Position numbers and translations under genes: made by a program
Shown here: positions 37,008-46,694 of the stretch, piece by piece
Position numbering within the stretch: the first letter of the stretch is position 1
How the letters are laid out: every line of letters starts with the position of its first letter
Notes under the pieces: generated by a model
Seen by the model: only the letters and a program-made list of their open reading frames with translations
What the model was told of the DNA's origin: nothing
Database searches by the model: none
From: Dehalococcoidia bacterium
GTDB taxonomy: Bacteria; Chloroflexota; Dehalococcoidia; DSTF01; JACRBR01
Reading direction: 5' to 3'
Assembly (NCBI GenBank): GCA_041494685.1
Contig: JBGQBE010000013.1
Location: 1 to 64,000 of the forward strand
Length of the DNA stretch: 64,000 nucleotides

Positions 37008-37866
37008 CGAGCGCGACCTCCGCGCGTCCGCAGTACGTCGCCAGCGCATCGCGCCACGGCCGCAGCGTGATGCCGAGCGCGCGGGCGCGGGTGTTCGCCA
37101 GGACGGAGTAGGGCGGCTTGCGCGGGCCGTCGTAGCCGGCGGCGCGCAGGTCGCCGGAGCTGACCGCCTCGACGGACGCGCCGGCCATGCCGGAGAGGCG
37201 CAGGACCTCGCACGCCCAGTCGTAGCGCGACGCCTCGCCTTCGTTCACGAGGTGGTAGATGTCGGCGGGTGCGGCCCCTTCGATCAGCGCCCGAATCGCA
37301 TCGGCCAGGTCGCCGGCGTACGTGGGCGAGGCGACCTCATCGGTCACGAACCGGAGCGGGCGCCCCTCGCGGGCGGCGGTGCGTACCTTCTCGACGAAGT
37401 TGTTGCCGCCATCGCCGTAAAGCCATGACGTGCGGACGATGAGCGTGTCGGGGCAGGTGGCGACAGCCAGCCATTCGCCGTCGAGCTTCGACGCGCCATA
37501 GGCGTTGACGGCGTGCGCCTCCGCGTCCTCCGCGTACGGCTCCGTCGCCCAGCCGTCGAAGACCTCGTTCGTGCTGATCGCGATGAGACGGGCGCCGGCC
37601 CGCGCGGCGGAGCGCGCGACGTACTCGGTCCCGGCGATGTTGACGGCGCGCGCCAGGGCCGGCTCGCGCTCGCAGCGCGCCGTGTCGGTGAGCGCGGCGG
37701 CGTGGACGACAACGTCCGGGCGACGCATCTCGATCGCGGCGCGCACGGCCGTCGCGTCGGACACGTCGAGGTCCGCGCGGCCGAGCGCGACGACCTCGTG
37801 GGAGGCGAGCCCGCGCACGAGGCTGCGGCCGAGCTGTCCGTTCGCGCCGGTGATGAGCATCTTCAC
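37000..37866 (-). CDS. rfbD: dTDP-4-dehydrorhamnose reductase
   Basis: ITGANGQLG, ISTNEVFDG, YGASKLDGE, RTSWLYG, SPTY. Confidence 0.93.
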   Translation of the reverse strand: MKMLITGANGQLGRSLVRGLASHEVVALGRADLDVSDATAVRAAIEMRRPDVVVHAAALTDTARCEREPALARAVNIAGTEYVARSAARAGARLIAISTNEVFDGWATEPYAEDAEAHAVNAYGASKLDGEWLAVATCPDTLIVRTSWLYGDGGNNFVEKVRTAAREGRPLRFVTDEVASPTYAGDLADAIRALIEGAAPADIYHLVNEGEASRYDWACEVLRLSGMAGASVEAVSSGDLRAAGYDGPRKPPYSVLANTRARALGITLRPWRDALATYCGRAEVALDG

Positions 37867-37909
37867 GGGCAGAGTCTATCGCGGCGGCTCAGCGGCCGCA
37901 GGGCGGTGG

Positions 37910-38941
37910 TCAGCCGGCGTACGGGCGGGCGTTGGCGAGGCGCTCGGCGTACTGGCGCTCGTAGAAGCGGCGGAAGTCGCCGGACTTGATCTTCTCCCAC
38001 CACCAGCGGTTGTCGGCGTACCAGCGCACGGTCTGCTCCAGCGCCTCCTCGAAGCCGTAGCGAGGCTCCCAGCCGAGCGCCCGCAGCTTCGACCAGTCCA
38101 TGTAATAGCAGGGGTCGTGGCCCTCGCGATCGTCGACATAGCGGATCAGGTCGTGCGGCTTGTCGAGCAGATCCAGGATCGCGCGGGCGACATCGATGTT
38201 CGGGCGGTGGTTGCCGGCCTGGATGTTGTACGCCTCGCCCGGCTCGCCGCGCTCCAGCAGCAGGAGCAGCGCGCGGACGTTGTCGTCGACGTGCAGGCGG
38301 TCGCGCTGCTGGAGGCCGTCGCCGTAGACCGGCAGCGGCTGGTCGTCGAGGGCGTTCGTGACGAAGAGCGGCACTGCCTTCTCGGGATACTGGTACGGGC
38401 CGATGTTGTTCGCGGGGCGCGCGACCACGACTTGCAGGCCGTGCGTCTCGGCGAAGGCGTGGCACATGAGGTCGCCGGCGGCCTTGCTGGCCGCGTACGG
38501 GCTGCGTGGGCGGAAGCGGTCGTCTTCGCGCATGGGGCGGTCCGGCGTCGCAGGGCCGTACACCTCGTCCGTGGAGATGTGCAGCACGCGCTGTACGCCA
38601 TGCTCGCGCGCGGCGATCAGCACGTTGTAGGCGCCGCGCACGTTCGTCTCGATGAAGTCGGACGCGTCGTGGATCGAGCGGTCCACGTGCGACTCGGCGG
38701 CGAAATTGACGACGGCGTCGCAGCCGCGCATCGCATCGGTGACGGCGGCAGCATCGGCGACCGTGCCGCGCACGAAGGTGTAGCGGCCGGCATCGGCGAT
38801 ATCGCGCAGGTTGTCGGCGTTGCCCGCGTAGGTCATCGCGTCGAAGTTCACGACGGTGGCGTCCGCGCGCTCGCGCAGGACGTGGCGGATGAAGTTGCTG
38901 CCGATGAAGCCCGCGCCGCCGGCAACGAAGATCTTGCGCAT
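37910..38941 (-). CDS. rfbB: dTDP-glucose 4,6-dehydratase
   Basis: GGAGFIGSNF, FAAESHVDRSI, ISTDEVYG, SPYAASK, QYPEK, YGDG. Confidence 0.96.
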   Translation of the reverse strand: MRKIFVAGGAGFIGSNFIRHVLRERADATVVNFDAMTYAGNADNLRDIADAGRYTFVRGTVADAAAVTDAMRGCDAVVNFAAESHVDRSIHDASDFIETNVRGAYNVLIAAREHGVQRVLHISTDEVYGPATPDRPMREDDRFRPRSPYAASKAAGDLMCHAFAETHGLQVVVARPANNIGPYQYPEKAVPLFVTNALDDQPLPVYGDGLQQRDRLHVDDNVRALLLLLERGEPGEAYNIQAGNHRPNIDVARAILDLLDKPHDLIRYVDDREGHDPCYYMDWSKLRALGWEPRYGFEEALEQTVRWYADNRWWWEKIKSGDFRRFYERQYAERLANARPYAG

Positions 38942-40041
38942 CAGGGCACCCGTATCCGGCTGTAGTCGCCCAGCACGAGCGTGTAACTGCCGCCGCCGTC
39001 GCCCGCCGGCGCGGCCACGCCTGCGCCGCGCAACTCGGCGTTGCGGCCGATCGCGCTTTCGACGATCGGATGGCTGAGGCCGTCGATCACGGCGGCCTCC
39101 ATGACGACGCTGGCGGCGATGCTGCTGCGCGCGACCGTGCAGTCGTGCCCGATGGACGTGTACGGTCCGACGTGCGCGTGTTCGATGCGCGCGCGCTCGC
39201 CGATGATGGCGGGGCCTTCGATGACGCTGTCGATGATCGTGGCGCCCGCCTGGAGCGTGACGTTGCCGCTGAGCCGCGACGCGGCGTCGACACTGCCGGG
39301 CGCGCGGTCGTCGCGCAGCTTGCCCAGGACGAGGCGGTTCGCTTCGAGCAGGTCGTCGTGCTTACCGGTGTCGATCCACGGCCCGCCGATGACGTCCGCG
39401 CCGACGCGGTGGCCGTGGTCGAGCAGCCACTGGATCGTGTCGGTGATCTCGAGTTCGCCGCGGGCGGACGGCTGGATGCTGTCGATGGCCTCGAAGACGC
39501 CGGTGGTGAACATGTAGATGCCGATGACCGCGAGGTCGCTGGGCGGCCGCTGCGGCTTCTCGACGACGCGCACGAGGCGCTCGCCGTCGAACGCGGCGAC
39601 GCCGAAGGCGCGGGCGTCGTCGACGCGCTTCAGCAGGATCGCGGCGTCATCGTCGGATGCGGCGAACGCCTGCACCTGCGGCACGATGCCGTCGGGGAGG
39701 AAGTTGTCGCCGAGGAAGGCGACGAACGGCGCCTCGCGGACGCGGTCGCGGGCCAGGCCGATGGCCTGGGCGATGCCGCCGGGCAGCTCCTGCGTCACGT
39801 AGTCGATGCGCGCGCCGAAGCGGGCGCCGTCGCCGGTCTCGCGGCGCACCTGGTCGCCAGTCTCGGGGGAGACGACGATGGTGATGTCGCGGATGCCGGC
39901 TTCGACCAGGTTCTCGACGGCGTAGAACAGGATCGGCTTGTTGGCGATGGGCACGAGCTGCTTCGCGCCGGTGTAGGTGAGCGGCCGCAGCCTGCTGCCC
40001 TTGCCGCCGCTGAGCACGACGCCCTTGAGTGGACCCTTCAT
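38941..40041 (-). CDS. rfbA: Glucose-1-phosphate thymidylyltransferase (long form)
   Basis: LSGGKGSRLRPLT, KQLVPIANKP, LGDN, VEKP, PSARGELEITD, WIDTG, C-terminal hexapeptide region. Confidence 0.95.
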   Translation of the reverse strand: MKGPLKGVVLSGGKGSRLRPLTYTGAKQLVPIANKPILFYAVENLVEAGIRDITIVVSPETGDQVRRETGDGARFGARIDYVTQELPGGIAQAIGLARDRVREAPFVAFLGDNFLPDGIVPQVQAFAASDDDAAILLKRVDDARAFGVAAFDGERLVRVVEKPQRPPSDLAVIGIYMFTTGVFEAIDSIQPSARGELEITDTIQWLLDHGHRVGADVIGGPWIDTGKHDDLLEANRLVLGKLRDDRAPGSVDAASRLSGNVTLQAGATIIDSVIEGPAIIGERARIEHAHVGPYTSIGHDCTVARSSIAASVVMEAAVIDGLSHPIVESAIGRNAELRGAGVAAPAGDGGGSYTLVLGDYSRIRVP

Positions 40042-40167
40042 CGCCGCCAGTGTACCAGCGGCGCGGCAGGAAGCCGGGAGGGCGGCCAGGACGGGCTCCC
40101 GCTGGCCCCATCCGGTGGCGGCTGGCAAGATGCGGCGTACCCGGATCAAGAGCGACGGAGGCGAAGC

Positions 40168-40935
40168 ATGGACGTGCGCGGCAAGACGGCGATCGTGACG
40201 GGGTCCGCAGTGGGCGTAGGCCGGGCGACGGCCATCGACCTGGCGCGGCGGGGCGCCAACGTCGTGATCAACTACACGCGCTCCGAGGACGACGCGCGCG
40301 AGGCCGTGCGGCTCGTGGAGGCGGCGGGCGGCGGCGCGCTGCTGGTGCGGGCCGACGTCTCGAAGGACGACCAGGTGCAGGACATGGTGCGGCAGGCCGT
40401 AGCGAAGTTCGGCGGGCTGCACATCCTCGTGAACAACGCGGGCATGACGCACTTCGTGCCGTTCGCGGATCTGGACGGCATGAAGGACGAGTTCTGGGAC
40501 GACATCTACGCGGTGAACGTGAAGGGCACGTTTTTCGCGTCCCGGGCGGCGGCCAGGGCCATGAAGGAGAGCGGCGGCGGCGCGATCGTGAACATCGCGT
40601 CGGTGGCGGGCGTGCGCGCGATCGGCAGCTCCATCGCGTATGCGGCGTCGAAGGCGGCGGTGATCAACATGACGATGGCGCTGGCGCGCGTGCTGGGGCC
40701 GGAGATCCGTGTGAACTGCGTCGCGCCCGGCTTCATCGAGACGCGATGGCTGAAACAGGGACTGGGCGACAAGGTGTACGAGCTGGGCAAGGCGGCGGAG
40801 TCGAAGCGTGCGCCGCTGAAGGCCGTCTGCACGCCCGAGCACGTCTCGCAGCTCGTGCTCAGCCTGATCGAGGGGGCAGACCTCGTGACCGGACAGACGG
40901 TCGTGATCGACGGCGGCGTCGGCATCGCGGGCTAG
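40168..40935 (+). CDS. Short-chain dehydrogenase/reductase
   Basis: TGSAVGVG, NNAG, NIAS, YAASK, NCVAPG, IDGG; GGAGG SD. Confidence 0.92.
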   Translation: MDVRGKTAIVTGSAVGVGRATAIDLARRGANVVINYTRSEDDAREAVRLVEAAGGGALLVRADVSKDDQVQDMVRQAVAKFGGLHILVNNAGMTHFVPFADLDGMKDEFWDDIYAVNVKGTFFASRAAARAMKESGGGAIVNIASVAGVRAIGSSIAYAASKAAVINMTMALARVLGPEIRVNCVAPGFIETRWLKQGLGDKVYELGKAAESKRAPLKAVCTPEHVSQLVLSLIEGADLVTGQTVVIDGGVGIAG

Positions 40936-40952
40936 CGCGGGCTCGCGCCCGC

Positions 40953-41024
40953 GAGAACAGACAACAGACAGCAGAGAACAGAAAGGTCGCCAGACAACTC
41001 TGCTGTCTGTTGTCTGTTGTTCTC
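40953..41024. repeat. Inverted repeat built from tandem heptamers (A[CG]A[AG]CAG)
   Basis: AGAACAG ACAACAG ACAGCAG AGAACAG ... CTCTGCTGTCTGTTGTCTGTT; 21-bp perfect arm pairing. Confidence 0.8.
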
Positions 41025-41103
41025 CGTATGCAAGACTGAGATCGGCCCTGCCGCTGGAGGACGCGGACGCGGCTCCCGTTCAGCGCCACTGCAAGGAGTG
41101 GTC

Positions 41104-41343
41104 ATGGACCGTTGGGAATATCGAGTCGTCTACGTGGATTTCAGGGGCAGGATCTCAAGTGAAGGGGTGGAGTACATCCGCCAGGGCGGTGAACACCGCA
41201 CCGGGTTCGTTCGCGGCTACCTCGACAAGCTCGGCGAGGAGGGCTGGGAGCTGACCGGCATACTCCCCCTCATGAGGCCGGAGAGCAGCTACTTCATGCT
41301 CAAGCGCGCCGCGAAAGCGGCCGCCGGAGCGTCCGAAGGTTAG
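41104..41343 (+). CDS. DUF4177-like small protein
   Basis: RWEYRVV...LDKLGEEGWEL...FMLKR; AAGGAG SD. Confidence 0.8.
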   Translation: MDRWEYRVVYVDFRGRISSEGVEYIRQGGEHRTGFVRGYLDKLGEEGWELTGILPLMRPESSYFMLKRAAKAAAGASEG

Positions 41344-41462
41344 TTAGTCCGGCGCTGAGGGATCCGTGACCGGCCGCCCGCCCGGCGGCAGGGCCATTTG
41401 CGCAGCTTTGCGCGCGCATCGACGCGTGCCCGTACGCCCGCACGGCTGGTACCATGCCGACG

Positions 41463-41771
41463 ATGGAATCCGAACGCCCGCAGGCGATCATCGAAGCCGA
41501 CGACGAAGACGACGAAGAACTCGACGCCACGGCGGACGATGCCAACGAGGCGCCCCAGGTTCCATCGTATATCGCCGTGATCCGGATCGTCGCGGTCCTG
41601 GGCATGGGGCTGTGCGTGTCGTTCGGGCTCTTCATCTCGCTGGTCGGCATCAACGGCGTGCTCATCGGCGTGCCGGTGATGCTGCTCTCGATACCGTGCT
41701 ACTACGGGATGCAGGCCGCCGAGCGCCTGGCGATGCGCGCCGAGCACCGTGCCGCCGCGCAGCAGGAGTAG
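41463..41771 (+). CDS. Small two-TM membrane protein with an acidic N-terminus
   Basis: DDEDDEE stretch then two hydrophobic helices; TACCAT-N7-ATG. Confidence 0.7.
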   Translation: MESERPQAIIEADDEDDEELDATADDANEAPQVPSYIAVIRIVAVLGMGLCVSFGLFISLVGINGVLIGVPVMLLSIPCYYGMQAAERLAMRAEHRAAAQQE

Positions 41772-41888
41772 GATCTCGCATCTTCTCCCATCGAGCAGCC
41801 TCATGTGACGGGCCCTGTCACGTGCCGGCCCGGCGACCTTGACGCGGCCCCCGTGGACACCTCCCATGCCGGTCTGTAGGATGCGGCG

Positions 41889-43790
41889 ATGGCCGCACGC
41901 ACCAGCGCACCCCAGGCGACGAACACGGCTACTGCGAGGTTGACCGGCGGCGTGCTCGCGCTCGCGCGACGCCACTGGCCCGGCATCGCGCTGATCCTGC
42001 TGCTGACGGCCGCCGTCGCCGGCCCGCGCTGGTGGCTGCTGTCCACCTCGCCGCCGGAGGGCCAGCGCATCCAGGTTGCGCCGTGGGCCGCCTCCGACAT
42101 GGGATACGACCTGGCGCTCTTCTCGCCGTACATCCGCGACGCCTTCGACGGTGACACGACTCTGCACGCGGCGTTCAATCTGGGTGACCGCGACCTCTCG
42201 ACGCCGCCGGGCTCGCTCTGGCTCGCCGCGATCGGCGCGGTCGGACGCATCACCGGCGACCCGTTCTCCGGCCTTGCGCTGGTTACTACGCTGACGGCCG
42301 CGGCGGCGTTGCTGCTGCTCTACGTGCTGGCGCTGGCGCTCACAGGCAGCCGCCTGGCGGCGGCGGCGGCGCTGCCGCTGGCGGCGTTGTTCGTCGGCGT
42401 CATCGTGCAGGCGGGCGGCATCCTGCCCTTGCGCCATGGCCACGTGCTGCGGGCGGTCCTGTCGGCGGACGGAGGGCGCGAGCTACACGCCTGGTTCCGC
42501 TTCCTGCCGCCCAGCGTGCCCTTGCCGGTGTTCCTAGCGTGCGCGCTTGCGGTCCCGCGGGCCGCCGAGACCGGACGCCCCGCCTGGATGATCGCGGCGA
42601 CGCTGGCGCTGGCGCTGCTCATCTACACGTACCTCTTCTACTGGTCGGCGATGGCCGTCGCGCTGCTGCTGTGGTGCGCGTGGCTGTGGTATCGCCGCGA
42701 CTTCACGATGCTGCGGCGCGTGCTGATCATCGGCGTCGCGGCGTCCCTGGTGGCGTCGCCGGAGATCGCCGGGCGCGTGAAGGACGCCTTCACGCTGCCC
42801 GCGGACGCGGCACACCGGTTCGGCCGCGGCGCGCGCGGCATCGATACGGGGCAGCTTTCCGGCGTGTTGCAACGGTTCGCGATCAGCGTGCCGTTCCTGT
42901 GGGCGCTGCTACGTGGTCCGGAGCGGAACCGGCTGTACGCGCTGCTGCTGGTCGTGCCGCTGGGGCTGGACCTGACGACGGGACTGGTGCCGCAGCCGGA
43001 GCACTACGTGACGCAGGTGTGGCACGTCTTCGCGCTCCCGGCACTGATCGCCGGCAGCGCCGAGCTGTGGAGCATGGCGCCGGGCATGTGGCGCCGCCCG
43101 GCGGCCGTCGCCATCGGCGCGCTGGCTGCGGCGGGCGTCGTCTATGTGGCGGCGATGCAGGTGCACGCGACGAAGCACACGCAGGCGCAATACTCGATGC
43201 CCGCGGACGACGCGGCAGCGTTCGACTGGATGGACGCGCACCTGCACGGCGACGACGTCGTCGTCAGCCCCAGCGTGAACACGAACATGCTGCTGGTCGC
43301 GCTGACGCCAGCGTCGCGCTACATCGACGACGGATTCTTCTCACGGCTCAGCGACGACGAGATCATCGACCGCTTCCTGCGCGCCCAGGCGGCGTTCGGG
43401 TACAGCGCGGACGACGTGTTCGCGCGGCTCGATCCGGCGAACGGCTACCCGACGTCCGACCAGGGCATCGCCGGCGCCGATCTCGAGCGGCACTTCGAGG
43501 AGTCGAGCGCGTACTTCCTGTTCAACTGGGAGATCACGCACCCGGACCTGATCGCGGATCGGCTCCCGGCCTGGCGGCAGCGCTACGCGTCACTGCTCGC
43601 GCAGCGGGACGTGTTGTCGGCGCACAACGCGGGGTATCTCTTCTGCGGCCACCGCGAGCGCTTCTGGGCGGCGGCTGCGCCGACGCCCGGCACCTACGTG
43701 CGTCTGTCGTTCCGTCAGGGCGACGCGGCGATCTACCAGATCGTCGACGCGTCCGCGCAGGGCGCGCAGGAGTTCGAGGGGTGCCGGTAG
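41889..43790 (+). CDS. Polytopic membrane protein, possible GT-C-fold glycosyltransferase
   Basis: TM1, an acidic external loop (SDMGYD), many TM helices, C-terminal soluble domain (AFDWMDAH...DVVVS); next to the glycan cluster. Confidence 0.6.
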   Translation: MAARTSAPQATNTATARLTGGVLALARRHWPGIALILLLTAAVAGPRWWLLSTSPPEGQRIQVAPWAASDMGYDLALFSPYIRDAFDGDTTLHAAFNLGDRDLSTPPGSLWLAAIGAVGRITGDPFSGLALVTTLTAAAALLLLYVLALALTGSRLAAAAALPLAALFVGVIVQAGGILPLRHGHVLRAVLSADGGRELHAWFRFLPPSVPLPVFLACALAVPRAAETGRPAWMIAATLALALLIYTYLFYWSAMAVALLLWCAWLWYRRDFTMLRRVLIIGVAASLVASPEIAGRVKDAFTLPADAAHRFGRGARGIDTGQLSGVLQRFAISVPFLWALLRGPERNRLYALLLVVPLGLDLTTGLVPQPEHYVTQVWHVFALPALIAGSAELWSMAPGMWRRPAAVAIGALAAAGVVYVAAMQVHATKHTQAQYSMPADDAAAFDWMDAHLHGDDVVVSPSVNTNMLLVALTPASRYIDDGFFSRLSDDEIIDRFLRAQAAFGYSADDVFARLDPANGYPTSDQGIAGADLERHFEESSAYFLFNWEITHPDLIADRLPAWRQRYASLLAQRDVLSAHNAGYLFCGHRERFWAAAAPTPGTYVRLSFRQGDAAIYQIVDASAQGAQEFEGCR

Positions 43791-43791
43791 C

Positions 43792-46518
43792 CTACGCGGC
43801 GTCGCGCAGTGCGTCGTTCTCGTCCACCAGCTCGCCGCGTTCGTACAGGCGAATCAGCGCGGCGGCGATGCGCGGGTTGAACTGCGTGCCCGAGCAGCGC
43901 CGGATCTCCTCGACGGCCCATTCGACAGGCTTCCGTGCGCGGTACGGCCGGTCGTTTGTCATCGCGTCCAAGCTGTCCGCCACCGTGACGATCGCTGCCA
44001 CCTCCGGGATATCCTCGCCGGCGAGCCCGGCCGGGTAGCCGGCGCCATCCCAGCGCTCGTGGTGGCAACGCGCGACGCTGGCGGCCAGTTCGAAGCCGGG
44101 GCGACCCTGGAGGAAGTCGTTGCCCCAGAGCGTGTGCTGCTTCATCACGTCCCACTCCTGGCCGTTGAGCCGCGAGGGGCTGCGGAGGATGCCTTCAGGC
44201 ACGCGGATCTTGCCGATGTCGTGCAGTACCGCCGCGAGGCCGATCGCGGTGACTTCGTCGCCGTCATAGCCGAGTTCGCGGGCGAGCTGCTCGCTGATCG
44301 CCTGCACGCGGTGCAGGTGCAGGCCCGTGGACTGCTCGTGCGCCTCCGCCGCGGCGGCTAGCAACACGACGGTGTCGGCGCGTGCCTCGCTGAGACGGGC
44401 GGTCGCAAGCTGCAGGTCGCTCACGAGCGTGTCCATGCGGATGATGGCAGTCACCTGGTCGGCGACGGCCTTGAGGAACAGCACGTCGCGCGCATCGATC
44501 GATCCCTCCCTGCGCGTCGCGACGGAGAGGACGCCGACCAACTCATCCTGCCACACCATCGGCACCATGGCGGCGGCGCGGACGCCCGCGGCCTCGAGGA
44601 TGGCGTGCTGCTCCGGCGAGAAGCGCGTCTCACTCTGCAAGTCGCGGATCACGACCGGACGCAGCGTCCGTGCGAGCACGTCGTGCAGCGTCTCGTTTCG
44701 ATCTTCTGGAAGCGCCGCGTTCCAGGAGGCGACCAGTTCCGGTGAGATGCGGGCGAACGTACTTGTCGAGGTCTCCGTGTCGTCATCGACCATGAAGCGC
44801 ACGACTTCGTAGCCGGCGCCGACGGAGAGGCGGTGGGCCACCATGCGCAGCTTCTCTTTAAGGTGTCCGGGCGACGTCAACAGCGGGACGATCTCGCCGA
44901 TCATCTTCGCCGCGCGCTCGTCGGCGATGACGCCGCGGACCGGAGACGACGGATCGTGCATGCGGCGTTCCTTCTTCTCGCTGTACATGGCGTTGTCGGC
45001 GAGCCGGATCACGTCGTCCACGGTGGCTGCCTCGGACGGGTACATCGCCAGGCCGAGGCTGGCGATCACCGGGATCACGGAGCCGGTGGCATCGTCCCTG
45101 ACGGTGGCATCTTCCAGTGCGGCGAGCACGCTGCGGCAGCGTGCCTCGGCCGCGCGTCGGTCCGAGACGGTGATGACCGCCAGGAACTCGTCTCCGCCGT
45201 AGCGGCCGACGATAGCCGCATGGCCGCGGAGCGCCGTGGCGACGGCGCGCAGGACGGCATCTCCCACCTGGTGGCCATACGTGTCGTTGACGGCCTTCAT
45301 GCCGTCGACGTCGGCCATGACGACAGCGAATGGAGTGCCGGCGGCAGCGAGCCGCGCGAGATCCTCGGCGATGGCGGCGTGATTGCGGCAGCCGGTGAGG
45401 GCGTCGTGTTGTGCGCGCTGCACGAGCGCCGCTTCGGCGTGCTTCTGCTCCGTGACGTCGCGGAAGCTCCAGACGCGGCCCTCGATGACGCCGTCGTCGA
45501 CCATCGGCCGCGAATAGCGCTCGATGACGCGGCCGTCGCGGAACCACAGCATATCCAGGCTTTCCTCGGTGCTGCCGTAGAGTTCCCGCACCTTCGCGGT
45601 AAACGCCTCCGGATCCGTCAACTGATCCAGCACGGTGGCGATCAGGCGATCATCATTGCGGAAGTCGAGCACGTCCTGGGGGATGCGCCACATCTCGGCG
45701 AAGCGCGTGTTCGCGTACGCCACTTGCCCGGCGCGATCGACGACGAGGATGCCGTCGGCCGTCGATTCGATCGTGGCGCGCATCAACTCCTCGTTGCCGC
45801 GGAGCGCGGCGTTCGCGGTCTGTAGCTCGCTGGTGCGGGCGGCGACGCGCGCTTCGAGTTCGCTGTTCGCGCGCTCGAGCGCGGCGTGGGCGGCGTAGAG
45901 CTGTCCCTGGATCCGGACGGCGCCATCGCGCTCGCGTCGGAGTTGGTGGCCGACCCAGTTGACCCACAGGCAGATGCTGAAGAAGACGCCGACGGCACCG
46001 AGGATGGTGGTGACGATGGCCTGTTCGTTGGTCCGCCGCAATGTGCCCTCTTCGAGGTAGACGTAATGCGGGATGGTACCGGTTGCATCAAGTACGGCGA
46101 GCGCGATGAACGCGCTAGACGCGGCAGCGGTGTAGATGAGCCCACGCTTCAGGTCGAGGAAGGTATTCGTGAAAATGAGGCCGAAGACGTAGGCGAAGGC
46201 GCCGAGCCAGGAGACGCCGCCGAGGAAGTAGACCATCAGCGTGTGGAAGGCGATCTCGGCGGCTAACATGACATAATGCGCCGCCTCAATGTGGCTGGCG
46301 CGCCGCAGGGCGAACACGGTCGGCAGGTAGATGACGAAGAAGGTCGCTTCGGCCGTGAGGGCCATGAGGAACGGCAGCGGCATCGGCATCCGCGCTATCC
46401 AGAGGATGACCCAGAACGCCACGAACAGGCCGATGACCGTCAGGCGGGCGATCGCCTGCGGCACCTGCTCCCGGCGCTTGCGGTCGAGCCAGCTGGCGGG
46501 CTCAGTGGCAACAGTCAC
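43792..46518 (-). CDS. Membrane PAS-GGDEF-GAF-HD-GYP c-di-GMP enzyme
   Basis: N-terminal TM helices; PAS (ADGILVVD, WSFRDVTE); GRYGGDEF; GAF; LHDIGK, HHERWDGAGYP, VADSLDAMTNDRPYR. Confidence 0.93.
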   Translation of the reverse strand: MTVATEPASWLDRKRREQVPQAIARLTVIGLFVAFWVILWIARMPMPLPFLMALTAEATFFVIYLPTVFALRRASHIEAAHYVMLAAEIAFHTLMVYFLGGVSWLGAFAYVFGLIFTNTFLDLKRGLIYTAAASSAFIALAVLDATGTIPHYVYLEEGTLRRTNEQAIVTTILGAVGVFFSICLWVNWVGHQLRRERDGAVRIQGQLYAAHAALERANSELEARVAARTSELQTANAALRGNEELMRATIESTADGILVVDRAGQVAYANTRFAEMWRIPQDVLDFRNDDRLIATVLDQLTDPEAFTAKVRELYGSTEESLDMLWFRDGRVIERYSRPMVDDGVIEGRVWSFRDVTEQKHAEAALVQRAQHDALTGCRNHAAIAEDLARLAAAGTPFAVVMADVDGMKAVNDTYGHQVGDAVLRAVATALRGHAAIVGRYGGDEFLAVITVSDRRAAEARCRSVLAALEDATVRDDATGSVIPVIASLGLAMYPSEAATVDDVIRLADNAMYSEKKERRMHDPSSPVRGVIADERAAKMIGEIVPLLTSPGHLKEKLRMVAHRLSVGAGYEVVRFMVDDDTETSTSTFARISPELVASWNAALPEDRNETLHDVLARTLRPVVIRDLQSETRFSPEQHAILEAAGVRAAAMVPMVWQDELVGVLSVATRREGSIDARDVLFLKAVADQVTAIIRMDTLVSDLQLATARLSEARADTVVLLAAAAEAHEQSTGLHLHRVQAISEQLARELGYDGDEVTAIGLAAVLHDIGKIRVPEGILRSPSRLNGQEWDVMKQHTLWGNDFLQGRPGFELAASVARCHHERWDGAGYPAGLAGEDIPEVAAIVTVADSLDAMTNDRPYRARKPVEWAVEEIRRCSGTQFNPRIAAALIRLYERGELVDENDALRDAA

Positions 46519-46558
46519 GTAGGCCCCTTCCCAATCGGCTTGTGGAGTAGCCAGTCAA

Positions 46559-46586
46559 GTATCGGCCGGCGAGCACTCAAAGTTGA
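46559..46586 (-). promoter_or_regulatory. sigma28 (FliA/WhiG)-like promoter
   Basis: TCAA-N16-GCCGATAC about 40 nt upstream of the HD-GYP/GGDEF start. Confidence 0.65.
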
Positions 46587-46646
46587 GATGCGAGTTACTC
46601 GTGCAGGAGCGACTTGAAGCTGAAACGCGCCCACGGCCGGACCGCT

Positions 46647-46674
46647 TCGGGAGGCACTCATCGGGAGGCACTCA
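46647..46674. repeat. Perfect 14-bp tandem duplication
   Basis: TCGGGAGGCACTCA x2. Confidence 0.85.
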
Positions 46675-46694
46675 TATGCGGCGCGTGGCCCACC

